From Auanema rhodensis (taxonomy: Eukaryota; Animalia; Nematoda): 64,000 nt of DNA. The translations under genes and the position numbers were made by a program. This document shows, in pieces, positions 62,998-64,000 of this stretch (the stretch's first letter is position 1; each line of letters begins with the position of its first letter). The notes under the pieces are model-generated. The model saw only the letters and a list, made by a program, of their open reading frames with translations, did no database searches and had not been told where the DNA came from. The DNA lies in the NCBI GenBank assembly GCA_964057225.1, contig OZ059899.1, forward strand, positions 10,726,001-10,790,000, given 5' to 3'.

Positions 62998-64000
62998 TCT
63001 TATGAAAAAAAACTAAGACAATTGTGATGAGAGAAATTAAGAGAAAACCTATGGAGCTGACATTTCATTTTTCTACTATATCACTAGATTCGATATCATT
63101 GATATCCTGGAAACGTTATTCCTCTACTTTTTTATATCAAACGAGAGTTTAATGTAATCATAGAGAAATCAGGATCAGTCTGTTCTGTTGGAGAACTGTA
63201 AGACATAAAAGTTCAATCTAATATTCTTTTCATCAAAGTAAATGTACAAGTTTAAATTGGATATCTAACAATCTTTTTCATTTTATTTCTTTTTGTTTGT
63301 TTTAAAGTAGGAAAAATTAGTTCTTTTCTTTTTAATTTGCATTCCAAATGCTTTCGAATTCCAGGAAAATATAAAAGGCCTTGTTCAACTAAGATTTCAG
63401 AAACTCTTATGAGAAAAAAAACTAAGACAATTGTGATGAGAGCAATTAAGAGAAAAACTATGGAGCTGACATTACATTTTTTGACAATATCAGTAGATTT
63501 GAAATAATTGATATCCTGGAAACGTTATTCCTCTCCTTTTTTTATATCAAACGAGAGTTTTATGTAATCGTAGAGAAATCAGGATCAGTCTGTTCTGTTG
63601 GAGAACTGTAATACATAAAAGTTCAATCTAATAGGCTTTTTATCGCAGTTAATGTACAAGTTTAAATTGGATATCTAACAATCTTTTTCATTTTATTTCT
63701 TTTTGTTTGTTTTAAAGTAGGAAAAACTAGTTCTTTTCTTTCTGATTTCCATTCCAAATGCTTTCGAATTCCAGGAAAATATATAAGGCCTTGTTCAACT
63801 AAAATTTCAGAAACTCTTATGAGAAAAAAAACTAAGAAAATTGTGATGAGAGAAATTAAGAGAAAACCTATTGAGCTGACATTACATTTTTCGACAATAT
63901 CACTAGATTCGATATCATTGATATCCTGAAAACGTTATTCCTCTTTTTTTTTATATCAAACGAGAGTTTAATGTAATCGTAGAGAAATCAGGATCAGTCT

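Larger units (their letters stand above)
1..64000. repeat. Tandem satellite DNA array, ~409-bp AT-rich monomer, 156 full copies plus one partial, single orientation; runs off both window edges
   Basis: The phase marker TCTTATG recurs at 1, 411, 821, 1231, 1640, 2049 ... 62998, 63405, 63815, with spacing 406-412 bp. Every interval aligns by eye to the same unit. Differences are substitutions and homopolymer length changes only. Confidence 0.99.
57600..64000. repeat. Block repeated at 11-monomer distance (4495 bp, then 4086 bp), with internal monomer and dimer duplications
   Basis: Monomers 57684/58093/58503 match 62179/62588/62998 (CTAAGGTTT, GCAGTT, subtype D with GAGAGAT); 59319/59729 match 63405/63815. 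59729 and 60138 share CCTGAAAACG. 60955 and 61771 share TATTCTTC (816 bp). ORF pairs 58025/62520 and 60923/61739. Confidence 0.85.

Noticed and set aside
1-64000. CRISPR array, or conserved repeats alternating with variable cassettes
   Set aside because: There are no unique spacers; the whole unit is repeated and variation is scattered substitutions.
1-64000. Tandem RNA gene cluster (5S rRNA, tRNA, snRNA, spliced leader) or telomeric repeat
   Set aside because: No recognisable 5S, tRNA, snRNA or spliced-leader sequence, no convincing Pol III A/B boxes and no short telomeric motif. Judged by eye, not by covariance search.
1-64000. Array as an assembly or concatemer artefact
   Set aside because: Monomers carry structured, hierarchically shared variants and position-dependent subfamilies, which artefactual repetition would not produce. 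Individual near-identical duplications still need read validation.

Overview
The whole 64 kb window is one uninterrupted head-to-tail tandem array of an AT-rich satellite DNA (about 29% GC, counted by hand on one monomer). Using TCTTA(T/C)G as the phase marker I count 156 complete monomers (406-412 bp, mean about 409 bp) plus a partial one at 63815-64000, all in the same orientation. I saw no unique sequence, transposon insertion, inversion, RNA gene or credible intact protein-coding gene; the short ORFs in the track are recurrent translations of the monomer. I do not recognise the satellite family or host, although the organisation is typical of eukaryotic (peri)centromeric or heterochromatic satellite. 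The informative structure lies in the variants: (i) two interspersed monomer haplotypes and their recombinants; (ii) local higher-order repeats or block duplications of 2, 3, 6, 7-8, 8, 9 and 11-12 monomers, some nested; (iii) layered variant domains with a main transition at about 26.6-29.9 kb; (iv) a dispersed, more divergent monomer subtype that also appears as partial tracts; (v) recurrent CpG to TpG/CpA changes; (vi) one minus-strand frame covering a full monomer with only 3 internal stops in 140 codons, hinting that the monomer may be an amplified fragment of a decayed gene. I found no convincing novel gene system. All alignments and counts were done by eye.
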